64,000 nucleotides of DNA from Eledone cirrhosa (lineage: Eukaryota), in the NCBI GenBank assembly GCA_964016885.1, contig OZ024742.1:351416001-351480000 (forward strand). Reading direction: 5' to 3'. Within the stretch, counting starts at the first letter, position 1. Each line of letters begins with the position of its first letter. Shown here piece by piece: positions 45,346 through 61,125 of the stretch. A program made the translations under genes and the position numbers. Under the pieces are notes generated by a model. That model had not been told where the DNA came from. It did no database searches and saw only the letters and a list, made by a program, of their open reading frames with translations.

Positions 45346-48300
45346 ATTGTAAGTAATCATTTAGAGAAACATCATCATTACTATTTATTTCACTACCATC
45401 AGCAGAATAATGAAATAATCCTTATACAAATCTACACCAATAATACGACGCCTTTAAATAGTATATTTGACTGAGATAAAACACGCAACTGTCTGACGCA
45501 TTGCTTAATTGGAGACAATAACTTCTATTCAGTTATTAACTATGAATATTGAGTTGAAATAGAACCGTAGGGTATTTGCTTTCTATGTACATGTAGTATT
45601 AACCTGTTATTAACTGCATTAATTCATAGTTTTTATTAACACAACTATGACTTGAATGCGGTTGATTTTAAAGCCATAAAGAAATCAGAGTGGTATATTT
45701 TGTCATTATGCTGCTACATCAAATAAGATGTATAATATACAACATCACATTTACTATATCTTAGAAGGAAGAGAAGGTTCACAAGCTGATAAAAAAAAAT
45801 AGTATAATGCTGCTCAGAGACAATGAAATATTGACATGAAATGTTGATATAAAATGAAGTAGAGTGAAATAAAAAGTAATCAATGTTATCGCTATTGTAC
45901 GTAGATGGTCGGGATGCTACGATGACTATAATGTAGTGTTCAGGTTTGGTAATATCGGCTAATGTTCTGATACTTGTTCTGCAATAACTACGAAGAAGTC
46001 TGCCGTTTATTTTTGACTGGTAATGTCATCTCCGGATACTAAAATACTGAAGATGTTGAAGAATATTATTTGTGAATGTTTTACAACTAATTAAGATAAA
46101 CGACTGCAAAGCAAATCCATATGGAATTTTGTGACTTGATCATATTTTGACACAGCTTCGTATCGGAAGTAATTCAGCTAAAGAGAATATGCTAGTGTGA
46201 TACCTGACTCTGACATGAATGAGGGCAACTATAATCTATAGATGTGTGCAAACATGTCAATTTACACTAGCGTTTAATGAACTGTGCATAGCATGCTCTA
46301 TCTAAGTTAGAATTTCTTCCTACGTTAGAATATGTCTTATGAGCAATCCCAATTAATGTTGCAGAAGAAACAAAGATTTATGGCAGAATCTGGAATGTGG
46401 CTTTAATGTCAAACTATTTTCAAATAATATTTGTCGCATGTTTATTCGTGCTACATTTAGACTGCGTCAACCATCGTAACTTCATTAATTTATATCTCTC
46501 AAACACACACATAAACTCACTTTAGTCTGAACAATTTGTTGACTACTGCGGTAAGTATTACTATTTTTACTAAAATACATTCTATACATATCTTTAAGTA
46601 AATATTCGTCTATAATGTATTTGAATTCAAATTAAAACTGAACGTGTACACTTGATGATATACTTATTACATATGAAAGCCTTAAATTGATACACTAGTT
46701 TTACTACACATACAATTTAACAAAGTGGGGAAACGATATAAGGGATGCATTATGCCTATACCCCTTAGACTGTAATAAAATGAAGATCACAATATTATAT
46801 ATTGCATTTTAAAAACGATTGACAGAAACTTCAATTTATGGCATTCTCTCTTTCATACTATATCAAGAATGAATTTCGTCTGAGATATCTGCCTTTGTTC
46901 TTATTTAATATTTGGCATTAAACGAATTTTCAACAAACCCAGAACGTATCTAACATAATGTTATTAAAAAGATTAAAGGAATCATATATATATCTGACAA
47001 ATGATATATATAATCAGAAAGTTATAAAGTTACAGAAACTGAAGTTTTATAACATCGCTATCATGACAGAACATTAACAAATATCATTTTATATGATGAA
47101 AGTCTGATAAAACATTCTAGAACGTTATTGGAAAGGGAGGTAATCACTATAGATTGTAATAAAATTGTAATGAAAATGTAGAGAGCTCTCACTATTGATG
47201 ACATAAGCGCCTATAAATAAAATATTACAGGACTAAAAAAAAGCATGTTTCCTTTGACCCCAGGAGTGTTCCGCTCACACAGAGCCATGGTCCGAAGCAT
47301 TTCAGCCTTAAACATTTCTTTAGCTATATCGGAAATCACATGGTCTAAATTTTCATTCCTCTTTAAGATGTTATGTGTCGTTCTATATATTTCACTGCTA
47401 TTCCTAGCTTGTCATATGGCAACATAGATGAGGGCCCATTGATATATATTGGGTCTACGGCCACTATTGTAAATTGGTAGAAATTACATTGAAACCTGAA
47501 ATAAGAAAATAAAATAAGAGGGTTAACCCGATGATTATGATTCACACTGTTTTATCTAACAAATTTCTGGAAAACACATAGTATTGTGTTGAATACGAAG
47601 ACGTGTCGCAGTTTCAAAGAGACCAGATGGAAAACACTGAATATTAGCGTTGCTAGATGCTTAGAGCATGTGTTATTTAAACAATACATGTAATCATATT
47701 TAAGAAACTGTTGAGAGATTAACATTTGTAAATTATTCTCTTAAGCAGTTCAAACTAACGAAAAAGTAATTGATAGGAAGCAATCATGTATAAGTGGATG
47801 TTGTATATATCAATTATATATATACATTACAAAATGATTTTTAGAAAGAGTTTGTTAAAAATATATATACATCAGGTGTATATGCGTATCCAAATATATA
47901 TTAAAGCTAGACATAACAAAAGCGATTATATTTAATGAACATTTTACTCAGATTGTATGAGCAGTAACTATTAAAGATAACTCCGATTAGACGTAAATTA
48001 TACTTAGACATTTCTTCGCAGATCTCTGTCAATTTATAGAATCATAAAATCATCTAAGGTAACATTGTTCCACCAGTGCAATTGCAGGAATATTATTCCT
48101 AACACTCTAAAATCACAAAGTTTCACATTTTGGTTAATTGAACGTAATTTGTTTCCACCACAAATGGATAAACCATTAAAGACATCTTTATATTCATTGT
48201 CGCTAGACGTGTCAACTCGGTGGACAGGCTTCAATCAGGAATGAAGTTAGTTCGAATTATGTAATCGAATTTACATAGTACGTATGCGTCCCTATATTAT

Positions 48301-48761
48301 ATTTGATGTTTAACCAGAGGAAGGCACCGATTTACATGCCGAATATGAAAGATGACCCAATACTACCTCTCCACAAACCTACATTCCATTCTCAAACACA
48401 TTACACACTATATATATTCCATAAGTATATTTCCTGTTTTATGGTGTTGTGTTGATGTTCATTATAAGCAGATCACCCACTGCGAGGGGTGTTCACACAT
48501 TGTTTGGTTTAGTTTAACTTCATTGTACTTTATATTGCAATCCGCTATCGTGTAATGAAGAACGATAGATCTTTGTTAAATTTCATAAGGTTCATGATAT
48601 ATATCATCATATACAGAATGTTAGGAAAGATGGTGGTACCATATATTAACATCATAATTTAATACAGTAAATGTTTATGTCAAATGCACAGAAGATCCAA
48701 TCTCTCTCTCTCTTCCTCTCTCTGAATATATATATATGTATACACACACACACACACATAC

Positions 48762-48803
<42 letters not shown>

Positions 48804-48804
48804 G

Positions 48805-48856
<52 letters not shown>

Positions 48857-48881
48857 TATATATATATATACATATATATAC

Positions 48882-49026
<145 letters not shown>

Positions 49027-49074
49027 AATATTGAAGAATAACATGGCCAACAGTACAAAAAGGGTTTTACTTAC

Positions 49075-49203
49075 AGTATTAACAATTGTTTCACTGATTA
49101 AGTTGTCTAAAAATTGCTGAACACCTGAAGCTGTGCCACTCAATTTTAAATACGTTGTAAGCTTAACCAAATCATCAGTAGTCCTTCTGATAATCTGCTT
49201 AAA
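49075..49203 (-). CDS. Candidate isolated coding exon of an unidentified host gene (phase 0/0)
   Basis: AG|TTTAAGCAG...ACT|GTAAGT, 129 bp open: [43 protein letters not shown]. Weak pyrimidine tract; no recognised homology. Confidence 0.25.
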
Positions 49204-51772
49204 CTAACAACGTATTATATTCATGTGTGTGTGTGACTAGCGAGATAGACCCGTGGAAGGAAGAAAAGTGGAATATAATAATATTTTAATAAAGAAATAG
49301 TTGATGTATCTATAAAATTGTTGACTTATAAATTATTCATCGTACACACGAAACACATTTTTCGTTAACTTACATTTTACGGCTAGGCACGGGGTGCATT
49401 TACAGGCCGAATATATAGTCTCATAATGCAATTCAGATTGTAAATATCTCCTTTTTAGCAGGTGTGAAAATCAACTCACGTGATGTAGATTTCGGAATAC
49501 GATTTCGTGGGAAGATTGAACACAAATAGAAAATGTTGTTTGTATTTTGGGGGGAGTCAAAGTTAGACAAGTTTTGTGAAGCTTTTTAATTTAAATTTCC
49601 ATAAACGTGTTTTAGTGATTGGGCAAACAATATGAAAGTATTCATTTTACACTGCGCCAACATCACAGTCTTTGAATCATTGACATCCCAACTTTCCTCA
49701 TTCTAAGTCTCATATATTGATAAACATCTGTTTTGGTTTTTTATCTTCCATTATACTCATCAACAATATACATTTTGTGTTTTCACTTTGTTTTTTGGTG
49801 TTACATACTTTTCTAAAGCTTATCTGAAATGTCTAACATGAAATCGTATTTTTATCCGTATTACTTTTTTTTTTTTCTTCTAAACATAACCCATGAAACC
49901 AAATATTAATTCATATTAAACTGGCTCTGAAGCAATACGACTATAATATTTGACTACATATTGACTTTCAATGATAGTATGCATAGTATTCAGTGAAGAT
50001 CTGTACACGATCTCTATTAAAATTGTGTATATGTAATCTACATATATTTTGAATTATGTTTTACATGTGAGAACATACATATCAAGTTAAACTATTTTTG
50101 GTAGATAAATATATTGATTATTTTGTCAATTTTTACATATCTCCCGGTGTATGAGATTCCATTGAAACAAAGCTCATATCTATCTTCCTTGCTACCTTTT
50201 AGATTTAAAAGAAATGACATATACATGCTTTGGTTTGTGCCTGCGGCGGAAATAGACTAACATTGAAATATGAAGAATAATTATCTAATTCTGAAATGTT
50301 GGGGTACTAACGTTTTCACAATATTCGGTATTTTTTTCAGTTGCTAATTACAACGATACAGAAGTAGTTATAACTGGCTATTATCTACAAGCATACTTCA
50401 GCTTGATTATCTTTAGCGAAGGAAATTGTTTTCATGTTTTAAATATTCTATACTAAACCGTAGAGTTTGGGGTGCGAACAACAGCGCATGTAAACACTAT
50501 CTAGTTTCTATAAAACGATTTAGCATTGCATTACTGTTTAGAAGAAATCAATAACTTCCACTTAGATAACTTTGACAAGACCTGTTTCAGCTTGATTGCC
50601 AAAATTTTGTTAGTGTCTTTCTTTGTCTACGGCACAACAACATTTGTTGTTTTTCGAGCGTAATATGACTTAGATATAAGGATAAGTGGTGCTTATGAAG
50701 CTGAAATCGTTTGCAGCGAATGTGCATTATTGTGAAGATATGCCGCATTAAACGGTTTTCAAATTTCTTTTAAAGATTTAGGGCAGCTGCGTTCAGAACA
50801 TCAACAATGCATTACAGCAGTGGCGTTTAGATTTAGGAATATTCATGGAACTCTCTGATAAGCAGTTTCTTCAAAATGGACATATGTTTCATTAAATGTC
50901 TACTCATGGAAAATGTTTTCCGTTGTACCATTATGTAGTAAAGAGAATATATTATCTTTGAAAACTAATTTACAAAGTTAAATGAAATAATAAAATAAAT
51001 CCTTTATAATGTATTGAAACCTAACAAATGACCGTTCTACATAAAACGAAATGTATCATTTTTGAAATGTATTAGAGATTTTACTGAAATAAACACAGGA
51101 CGCCACACTACAATAAAAAATAATGGATTTGACAGATGATTCTATTGTATGATAATTGCTCTCTATGTCGGAAAATGATCACAGACATACTCATATACAC
51201 ATACACACACACGCACGCACACACACACACACACCCATGCATACATACACACACACATACACACACACACACATATATATATATATGTGTGGTTAAGAAA
51301 GCTGGAATGTTATTTCACATTTATTGTTATGTGTAGAAAATAGTATATTTTTTTAATACTACCACAATGGGAATTCCATGGAAGAAATTACCATTGCTGT
51401 GGCAAATGTGATGGTGTATTATTGTCCATTCTTTGTTTTAAATGCCCTCATATCCGGAATAATATCCATTTATTAAATGTTGAAATCCAAACACATTTTC
51501 CTCCATGTGACACTTTTATTACTTCTAGTATTGAAAACGTTTTGTCAGCGTTACAGTTGCAAAAAGACTTACAAATTGGAATTAGATTCTTCTTTCAAAC
51601 ATTTGTGGAAGAGATTTAACCTAAATCATAAGGTCCTAACAAGAAAAACATTTTAACACACCAACAACATTATTATCCTCCAAATCAGATAAGGATAGCC
51701 TTCAAACAAAAGACTACTGTCTCTATTTGGTGAAGAGTATCAGGAAAGCTTCTATTAATATATACGTTAATG

Positions 51773-53325
<1,553 letters not shown>

Positions 53326-54084
53326 AGCTACCTGCCGGCGATCCAATTGTAACACGAAATAAATTGAGTCCGGAAGCATCACTGATTTTTCGTTTTTTTA
53401 TACTATATATATATGTATGTATGTATATGCATCTTTGTGTGTGTGTGTGTGTGTATTTGTGTGCATGTGTGTGTGTTTGTGCTTGTGTGTGTGTGTTTGT
53501 GTTCGTGTGTTTGTGTGTGTGTATGGGTGTGTGGGTATGTGTGCGTGTGTGTGTGTGTGTGAACTATCGATAGATTGCATCTGCAATGTATTTGAAAAAT
53601 ATTAAGTAACCAAATAAATAGGCATCGAACAGAACTTGATATAAACATCATCATTGGCAACATTGTTCTTGGTAATACGAATTACTTTCAGGGGTGTTAT
53701 AATTTTGAATTATTCATTGAGGTTTCTATGGTTACTTAGATGTAAGTAAGGCACCCTCTTTATAAAAAAGAAATAAAATTTGGGCTCAAGAGAATCTAAG
53801 TTTTAAATAAAATAAATGTATGACGAGACACCTCTTTGAAAGTTGCCTATAGAATAGGATCAGTTAGAGACATTTTTTCTTTCTTTTTATTAGAGATCTC
53901 GTTCATTATTCATTGTAACACTCCACATTTTCCAGCTGTCCTGTAAGTCCTACTTTAAGAAAGCATGATCTAAGAAATGAGGCTATGCAAAATACAACTA
54001 ATATATTCTATATTGAAAATATATCTAAATTCAGCTAGTTATCATGGGTTTACACACACACACGCACAAATGTATTTACATATG

Positions 54085-54116
<32 letters not shown>

Positions 54117-54385
54117 ATAAAACATGTCTATAGAATCACCAGATAAAATATATACCATTTCCTCTCCCAATTAGCATAATTAACCATATAAAAAATCGAA
54201 TAGACGAGGCTATAAGAATAAGGCTTCTATGAAGAAATCTCCAACAAATAACCGAAAAAGCCACCAGTCGTAAGCAACTGACCAAACTCCTTCCAAACTG
54301 ACCGCTGCTACGTCACGATTCTTAGCCATTTTTGAATGTATTCTTGGCGCGATCACTTTGGAAAATTTATTGTCTAGATTTGAGC

Positions 54386-54463
54386 AAACTCTTGAAGAGT
54401 CCGGTGCTCAAGTTTCCGAAGTTATCGGAAATCTTGAAATGCGGACGAAACCATGGTCGAGGT
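54386..54463 (+). ncRNA. Hammerhead family J, copy 1 (C3U change)
   Basis: CUC-UUGAAGA-GUCCG..CGGAC-GAAAC-CAUG-GUC-GAG. Confidence 0.75.
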
Positions 54464-55033
54464 AAATATATGTATTCTCTTTTCTCCTAGTTTATTTTAC
54501 ACCTAATTCTGTTTAATTGACTGTATATCTGGGCGATTACGCTGTCGAAATATTCGATAAATCTTCCGCCGCAGCCGGCGCGATGGGCTGGTTTCAGTTA
54601 TTTGTTGGATATTTCTTCATAGAAGCCTTATTCTTATAGCCTGGTCTATTCTACTTTTTATATGGTTAATTATGCTATTGGGAGTGGAAATGATATATAT
54701 TTTATCTGGTGATTCTATAGACATGTTTTATGATATATAGCTCTGATTATTTCATTTATTAACTTTTCATTGAGCCACAAAGTGACCCTTTGCAAAACAC
54801 GTATATGTATATATGTATATACATATATGTAAACCTTTATATGTAATAATCTCCCATTAGGTTGAGATTCAAATTTGGCTGTATTGTGCTGTGCTTTCTA
54901 GCAAAAAGCCACCAGCCGTAAGCAACTAACCACACTCATTCCAACCTGACCGCTGCTAGGTTACGATTCTTAGCCATTTTTGAATGTATTCTTGGCGCGA
55001 TCACTTTAGAAAATTTTTTGTCTAGATTTGAGC

Positions 55034-55111
55034 AAACTCCTGAAGAGTCCGGTGCTCAAGTTTCCGAAGTTATCGGAAATCTTGAAATGCGGACGAAACC
55101 ATGGTCGAGGT
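55034..55111 (+). ncRNA. Hammerhead family J, copy 2 (canonical)
   Basis: CUC-CUGAAGA-GUCCG..UCAAG UUUCCGA AGUUA UCGGAAA U CUUGA..CGGAC-GAAAC-CAUG-GUC-GAG. Confidence 0.88.
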
Positions 55112-55469
55112 AAATAAATGTATTCTCTTTTCTCCTAGTTTATTTTACACCTAATTCTGTTTAATTGACTGTATATCTGGGCGATTACGCTGTCAAAATA
55201 TTCGATAAATATTCCGTCGCAGCCGGCGCGAAGGGCTGGTTTCGGTTATTTGTTGGAGATTTCTTCATAGAAGCCTTATTCTTATAGCCTGGTCTATTCG
55301 ATTTTTTATATGGTTAATTATGCGAATTGGGAGAGGAAATGGTATATATTTTATCTGGGGATTCCATAGACATGTTTTATTATATATAGCACTGATTATT
55401 TAATTTATTAACTTTTCTTTGAGCCACAAAGTGACCCGTTGCAAAACACGTATATGTATATATGTAAAC

Positions 55470-55512
<43 letters not shown>

Positions 55513-55515
55513 ACC

Positions 55516-55564
<49 letters not shown>

Positions 55565-55622
55565 CACATACATACAGTGAGTGTGTTCTGTTATTAATTC
55601 TGGCAATATTATTTCAACAATA

Positions 55623-55830
55623 AGAGGGCAGTGTATTGGCAGTATCGGTAGAGGGTCGGACGCAATGCTTTGCCGCATAGATTTACAGCCCTTTATGATC
55701 TGATTTTCATTCCCGCCGAGGTTAACTTTGCCTTTCATCCTTACGGAGTGGATAAAATAATGTACCAGTCACGCACTGGGGTCAATTTCATCAACTCCCC
55801 CTTGCTGGCCTTGTGCCTAAACAAGAAACC
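55623..55830 (+). mobile_element. Full-length S1 SINE inserted in a family D pLTR end
   Basis: 15-bp TSD ATTATTTCAACAATA at 55608-55622 and 55831-55845; flanks match 31942-32010. Confidence 0.92.
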
Positions 55831-55862
55831 ATTATTTCAACAATATGACCCTCCCCAAGAAT

Positions 55863-55952
<90 letters not shown>

Positions 55953-55957
<5 letters not shown>

Positions 55958-56355
55958 TCAATTCAAACCCTGTTCCCAAACAGACCTATTATAGTAAATC
56001 TTTGTTGGTTTTTTTCAATAAACACATATCATTATTTCTGAAGACACCATATATATGTGTAGGCATGTATATTCTCTCTGATAGTTTGTAACAATTTTAC
56101 ATAGATCTATATGATATACATACCAACAGACACATATATATATCCTAGAATCGATCGTAACATGATGAATTTTTTTAATATAAGGAACTGTTTCTGTATT
56201 TTTATTCATTATTTTTATTAATTTATCTTGATTCTGTTTTCCTGTGTTTTTCATCGAAATCATTTCGAATACATCTTCTCTTTTCATGATATTTGGATTA
56301 CATTAAGTTTTTCATACGGATTGGTCTCTACCGTATATGTTGGTAGATTTATCTA
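55953..56355 (+). mobile_element. Solo family K pLTR with degenerate hammerhead (56029-56168)
   Basis: Matches 62705-62965 and the reverse complement of 60495-60897. Confidence 0.8.
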
Positions 56356-56370
56356 CACACACACACACAC

Positions 56371-56453
<83 letters not shown>

Positions 56454-56567
56454 AAGAAGTAATATCTAGTAACATATATATACATACAGATGCATATCAA
56501 TGCTAGCGAATATGTAGGTTTTGTCTTAGTAACTTTGTGGTTCAATGCATGGGGTTGCAGAACAATA

Positions 56568-57013
56568 ATATGGGAGACGTGAAATAAGTAAATTATAAAA
56601 TTAACTTACTTACTAAAATATCACTCCCAACTAATTAGTTTCTGGAATGGAACAAGTATATTTTCCGAAGAAAATACGGAGAATCATTCCGTCGTCAGGG
56701 AAGACTATTCTCGTCTAAGTATCCAGGCAAAGCGTGGACTCTGGAGACTTATTAAAAAATAATTCAGTGGATAGAAAATAGCAATGCGTGGACTGAATTC
56801 CTAGCGATTGAGAAAATCACTGCCTCTGCGTCGGTGGCAAATTCAAAAAGAATCAATCCCGTGACATCGAGGTCAATCAGTGGAAAGTGGTTTGCTAATA
56901 ACACAGCGGCCAGCCTGCTACCATAGCAGCAGTCATGGCCAATATTGCTCGACAAATTAGTTGGAAGTGATATTTTAGTAAGTAAGTTAATTTTATAATT
57001 TTCTTATTTTACG

Positions 57014-57020
<7 letters not shown>
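56568..57020. mobile_element. Element with ~68-bp terminal inverted repeats
   Basis: 56568-56636 is the reverse complement of ~56955-57020. Confidence 0.55.
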
Positions 57021-57083
<63 letters not shown>

Positions 57084-57093
57084 GATTACATAT

Positions 57094-57130
<37 letters not shown>

Positions 57131-57134
57131 TGAT

Positions 57135-58030
57135 AGCCTTACCGTGGGAATTAGAAGGAACCGCGACAGAATTTGCAACTGCCGCGACAGGGGACGCTGC
57201 CCCCTTAGAGGATACTGCTTGGCTTATATAAAGGTGCACTGTAACTAGCCACAATAGCGTTAAACATTATATAGGAACTACCTCTGGCCCGTTCAAAATT
57301 AGATTTCGAACACATCCAATTCGCTCGCAGACTACATCACATTATTAAAAGACTTAAACATCAGCTTCTCCACGCACTGGGATATTATCGGCAGAGCTGC
57401 ACCGTACAACTTCAGGAGGAAGTGCGATGTTTGCCTCATGGAGCTCTACCAATTCATAACTGCACCCCACGAGCTCATCAAAAGCAGAGCTGAAACGACG
57501 ATAAGCTGTACACATCGCTTAAAATATCCTTCTTCAGATGGGATAAGGATGAGGAGTGAAACCGTATACTGAGTCTCCCTGCAACAAGCTTTAACACCCC
57601 AGCGGGCAGGCGCTGCAAAAAACACCCGGAAACTAACCATGCATCCCAGACCCAGCTTCAAATGACCCTGGCGGGCAGGTGCAGTGACAAATTTCTCAAA
57701 ATAAGCGTTGATTACCTGATCCTGTGCGTATCGACAATGGTAAGGTTGTAACCACATCTTGTAACGGATAAAAAATGTGTCCGGGGAAGACTGCCCTAGC
57801 ACCGGACAGAGTTACCTCCCTTGACCTACTGCAAAATCAAAACACGCTTTTTTTGCGAAGAATGAACTCTGACGTGAACTTACACCCCAAAACACTTTCC
57901 GGGCCATGTAAGGAACACTTTTAGTTATTTATGCCCTTGAGAAGCCTATCCGGGCGAAACGTACGTAGGTGCTGTTTTAAATAAACATGTATTAACGGTC
58001 TGTTCTCCGATTTCTTGCTTTTCAACGTAC
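57135..58030 (+). mobile_element. 5'-truncated Hydra-like PLE remnant (family L)
   Basis: Frameshifted RICNCRDRD..CPLRGYCL..CTVTSHNSVKHYIGTTSGPFKIRF..SLADYI..HWDIIGRAAPYNFRRKCDVCLMEL..ELIKSRAETTISCTHR at ~57168-57572; hammerhead near the 3' end. Confidence 0.85.
57933..57972 (+). ncRNA. Type I minimal hammerhead, family L (U3-A8 covariant core)
   Basis: GCCC-UUGAGAA-GCC UAUCCG GGC-GAAAC-GUAC-GUA-GGUGC. Confidence 0.8.
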
Positions 58031-58065
58031 ATATATATATTTATATATATTATATTATAGGTATA

Positions 58066-58142
<77 letters not shown>

Positions 58143-58161
58143 ATAAATGCGTAATAACAAT

Positions 58162-58196
<35 letters not shown>

Positions 58197-59407
58197 TGTT
58201 ATAGAGACATTTTCATTGCCTATAGAGATGGCGTAAATATATAATTTCCTTAACTTCATGTGGTCTCAGGTTCGTTTCTACTACGTGACATCCTGTGCAT
58301 GTGATACCATAAATTATTTCAAAATGTACCCATAGCAAAAAAGATCAGTTTATGTAAAAGTAGATGCTTGACATAACGAGTGTCGTGACGATTCTTACCA
58401 GAGTATGCGTTAAGTGTACACATTAGCTACTTAAAAATAAGTTTAATACGTATGTATTTCAGTTGAAACAAGTATTGCAATACTCATCAGCCAAAAAAGG
58501 GTTCAAGAATAGCTATTGAATTTATATATTAATGGTTTCTGATTGAGGCCCAATACCAAACATGTTTTTAGGAATGGGAACAGTGTATTACTGGTGCTTT
58601 ATTCTATTGACAGCTTTAGGTTAAAAGTCAAAGTTAACATCAAGGCGATAGGAACCCAGAAGGGCCATGACTCTATGCTACAAATCTTGTTGTCCGAGGT
58701 TCTACCGATATCAATAAATATGTTGTTTTTTTCAATAATATATTGAAAAATGTAACGAATCCCTAAAAACCTAATATATATATATACAGAGTTGTGACTA
58801 AAGATAGTCGTAACCGTGCCATAGTGACATGCATTTTAAACTTGGTGGAGTTCATCAATGTCATGTCTCAACACATTCGTAATCTTCCAGATAAGGAGGG
58901 AGTATTATAGTGAAGAGGAGATAAATAGATGTATTTAGAATGATCAACCCTAGTACTGGAGTCGTCGATTTTTATCAAATTTGAAATGATGAGAATCATG
59001 GTTGACCCCAGCGGCATCTGAACACCAAATGCGTATTGCTTTAACGACTACTGCAAATAATCTATCCGGCCTAATTAAGGTTCTGTCAATTAGCCAATTT
59101 GTTTATGCCATACAATCTGTAATATGCATTTCATTTTTACCATGGCAGTTTCCTGTGATAACAAGAGGTAATATGTTTAAAGGAGTTCAGACAATGTTTA
59201 TAATTCATTGTAAACATTTTACTCTAAATCTCTGATGTATAGTGTCTGATATGTTTCTTCTTTTTACATTCCACTGACATATTGCATACGTATTGTTATT
59301 AAGTACTGTATATCATAAGGGCGTCTTAGTGGCTCCACGGAACCCATCACCTTTCTAATAAATAACTACGATAAGGACAGTAATACGGTAGTCATACCGT
59401 TTAAAAG

Positions 59408-59580
59408 TTGTTTCTAATATTGGCACACGGCCAGCGATTATCCCAGTGTATTACTGGTATTTTATTTTATCGACCCCGTAGGGATGAAAGGCAAAGGTAA
59501 CATCGGCGGGATTTTCTGGCAAGGGCCGTAACTCTATGCGTCAGAGCATGGTGTCCCATCTTCTACCGATACTGCCAATA
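59408..59580 (-). mobile_element. S1 SINE (more diverged copies at ~58535-58715, ~58945-59030, ~39930-40020, ~6975-7078)
   Basis: Reverse-complement core and head. Confidence 0.8.
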
Positions 59581-60407
59581 ATATTTCTATTTTACAAGAT
59601 AACATTTTAACCGAACATTGTGTAGTGAACGTGATCCTCCATTAATTTACTTGGGGAATATGATGGCCTTAACGTAATTACATACATCATCTAGATAATT
59701 ACAGAATTATCCGCACATATACGACAAAATGTGTTTTACATTGTGAATATGTTGTAGGATGTTGTCGAATAAAACATATTTACCCAATATTGATAATTTA
59801 AGCTCAATATATTTCAATTGATACTATCATATCATTTATGCAGAATGGCGCCAATAAATATAAGTTTTAATTTTTTGGCAGATTGAATATTTGAAAAAAA
59901 AAGTAATGAATATAATATAAAAAGCACGTTTGCAATCCAGATCATCTTTGATTAAACATGGTAATGTGGCATTTCTTGATAAATACAATATCACGTGATT
60001 AACATGGCGCCAATAATAATCCGATTGCAAGGGTGATCTCGAAATTGATTATTAAATAGTTGAAATGTGAACATTAGAAAGAATATTCAACATTTGACAT
60101 TAGTTTGATTGGATGAAGACAATTAAACTGATAAATACCCGGTACAGCAAATCACATATAAGATACCATATTTCTAGTTAATATTTTGATTGCTCCTTCA
60201 TTCAGATATGTTGACCCAGTTACTGCTATACTTTTTACACGCAGACGACATACGAAATTACCATGTGCAGTGTCAACATTGTGCGTAAGATAGGATCTAT
60301 ATTCGGCTGGTGACATGATACGAAATAAATAGTTAGATGACAGGATTAAACAAATATGCAGAATATATAAAGAATTTCAACTTTCCGCCCAACTGTCACT
60401 TTCTACA

Positions 60408-60496
<89 letters not shown>

Positions 60497-61125
60497 GATA
60501 AATCTACCAAAAGTTTACGGTAGTGTCCAATCCGTATGAATAACTCAATGTAATCCGGATATCATGAAAAGAGAAGATGCATTCAAAAAATACTTTCGGT
60601 GAAAAATAAACGGAAAACAGAGTCGAGATAAATTAATAAAATAATGAATAAACAAAGAAACAGTTCCTTATATTAAAAAGAATTCATCATTTTACGATCG
60701 TTTCTAGGATATATATGTGTTAGAGTTGGTATGCATATTCTATAGATCTATGTACAATATTTATACAAACTATCAGAGTGAATATACATACCTAAACATA
60801 TATATGCTGTCTTCAGAAATAATGATATGTGTTTATTGAAAAAACAAAGATTCAATACAATGGGTCTGTTTGGGAACAGGTTTTGAATTGACCAATAGAG
60901 AGATAGTGATGGTCAAGGTAGTAATATAGTAGTAGAAGAACCTTAAATTGTGGGTAGAGGAAGGTAGATTTCAGTTTTGGATGGAAAAGAATATTATGAA
61001 TGGATTATTTTAGGGAAGAAATAGGTCTTATGCTGACCTCAGAAATAATTTTATTTGTTCATTGAATAAAACCAACAAAGATCTAATATATTCTGTCTGT
61101 TTGGTAAGAGGTTTATAATTCTTTA

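Larger units (their letters stand above)
54112..55472 (+). mobile_element. Non-coding tandem hammerhead element (family J): short inverted piece plus two direct units ~645 bp apart
   Basis: 54257-54830 matches 54903-55472; 54112-54256 is the reverse complement of ~55240-55385; embedded in (TA)n. Confidence 0.85.

Noticed and set aside
47225-47520. Minus-strand exon after the strong acceptor TTATTTTCTTATTTCAG
   Set aside because: No donor, no long open frame and no recognisable product; it could be a terminal or non-coding exon but is unsupported.
51385-51640. Small minus-strand exons near GTAAGT at ~51570
   Set aside because: The frames contain stops or do not join in phase with the 49075 candidate.
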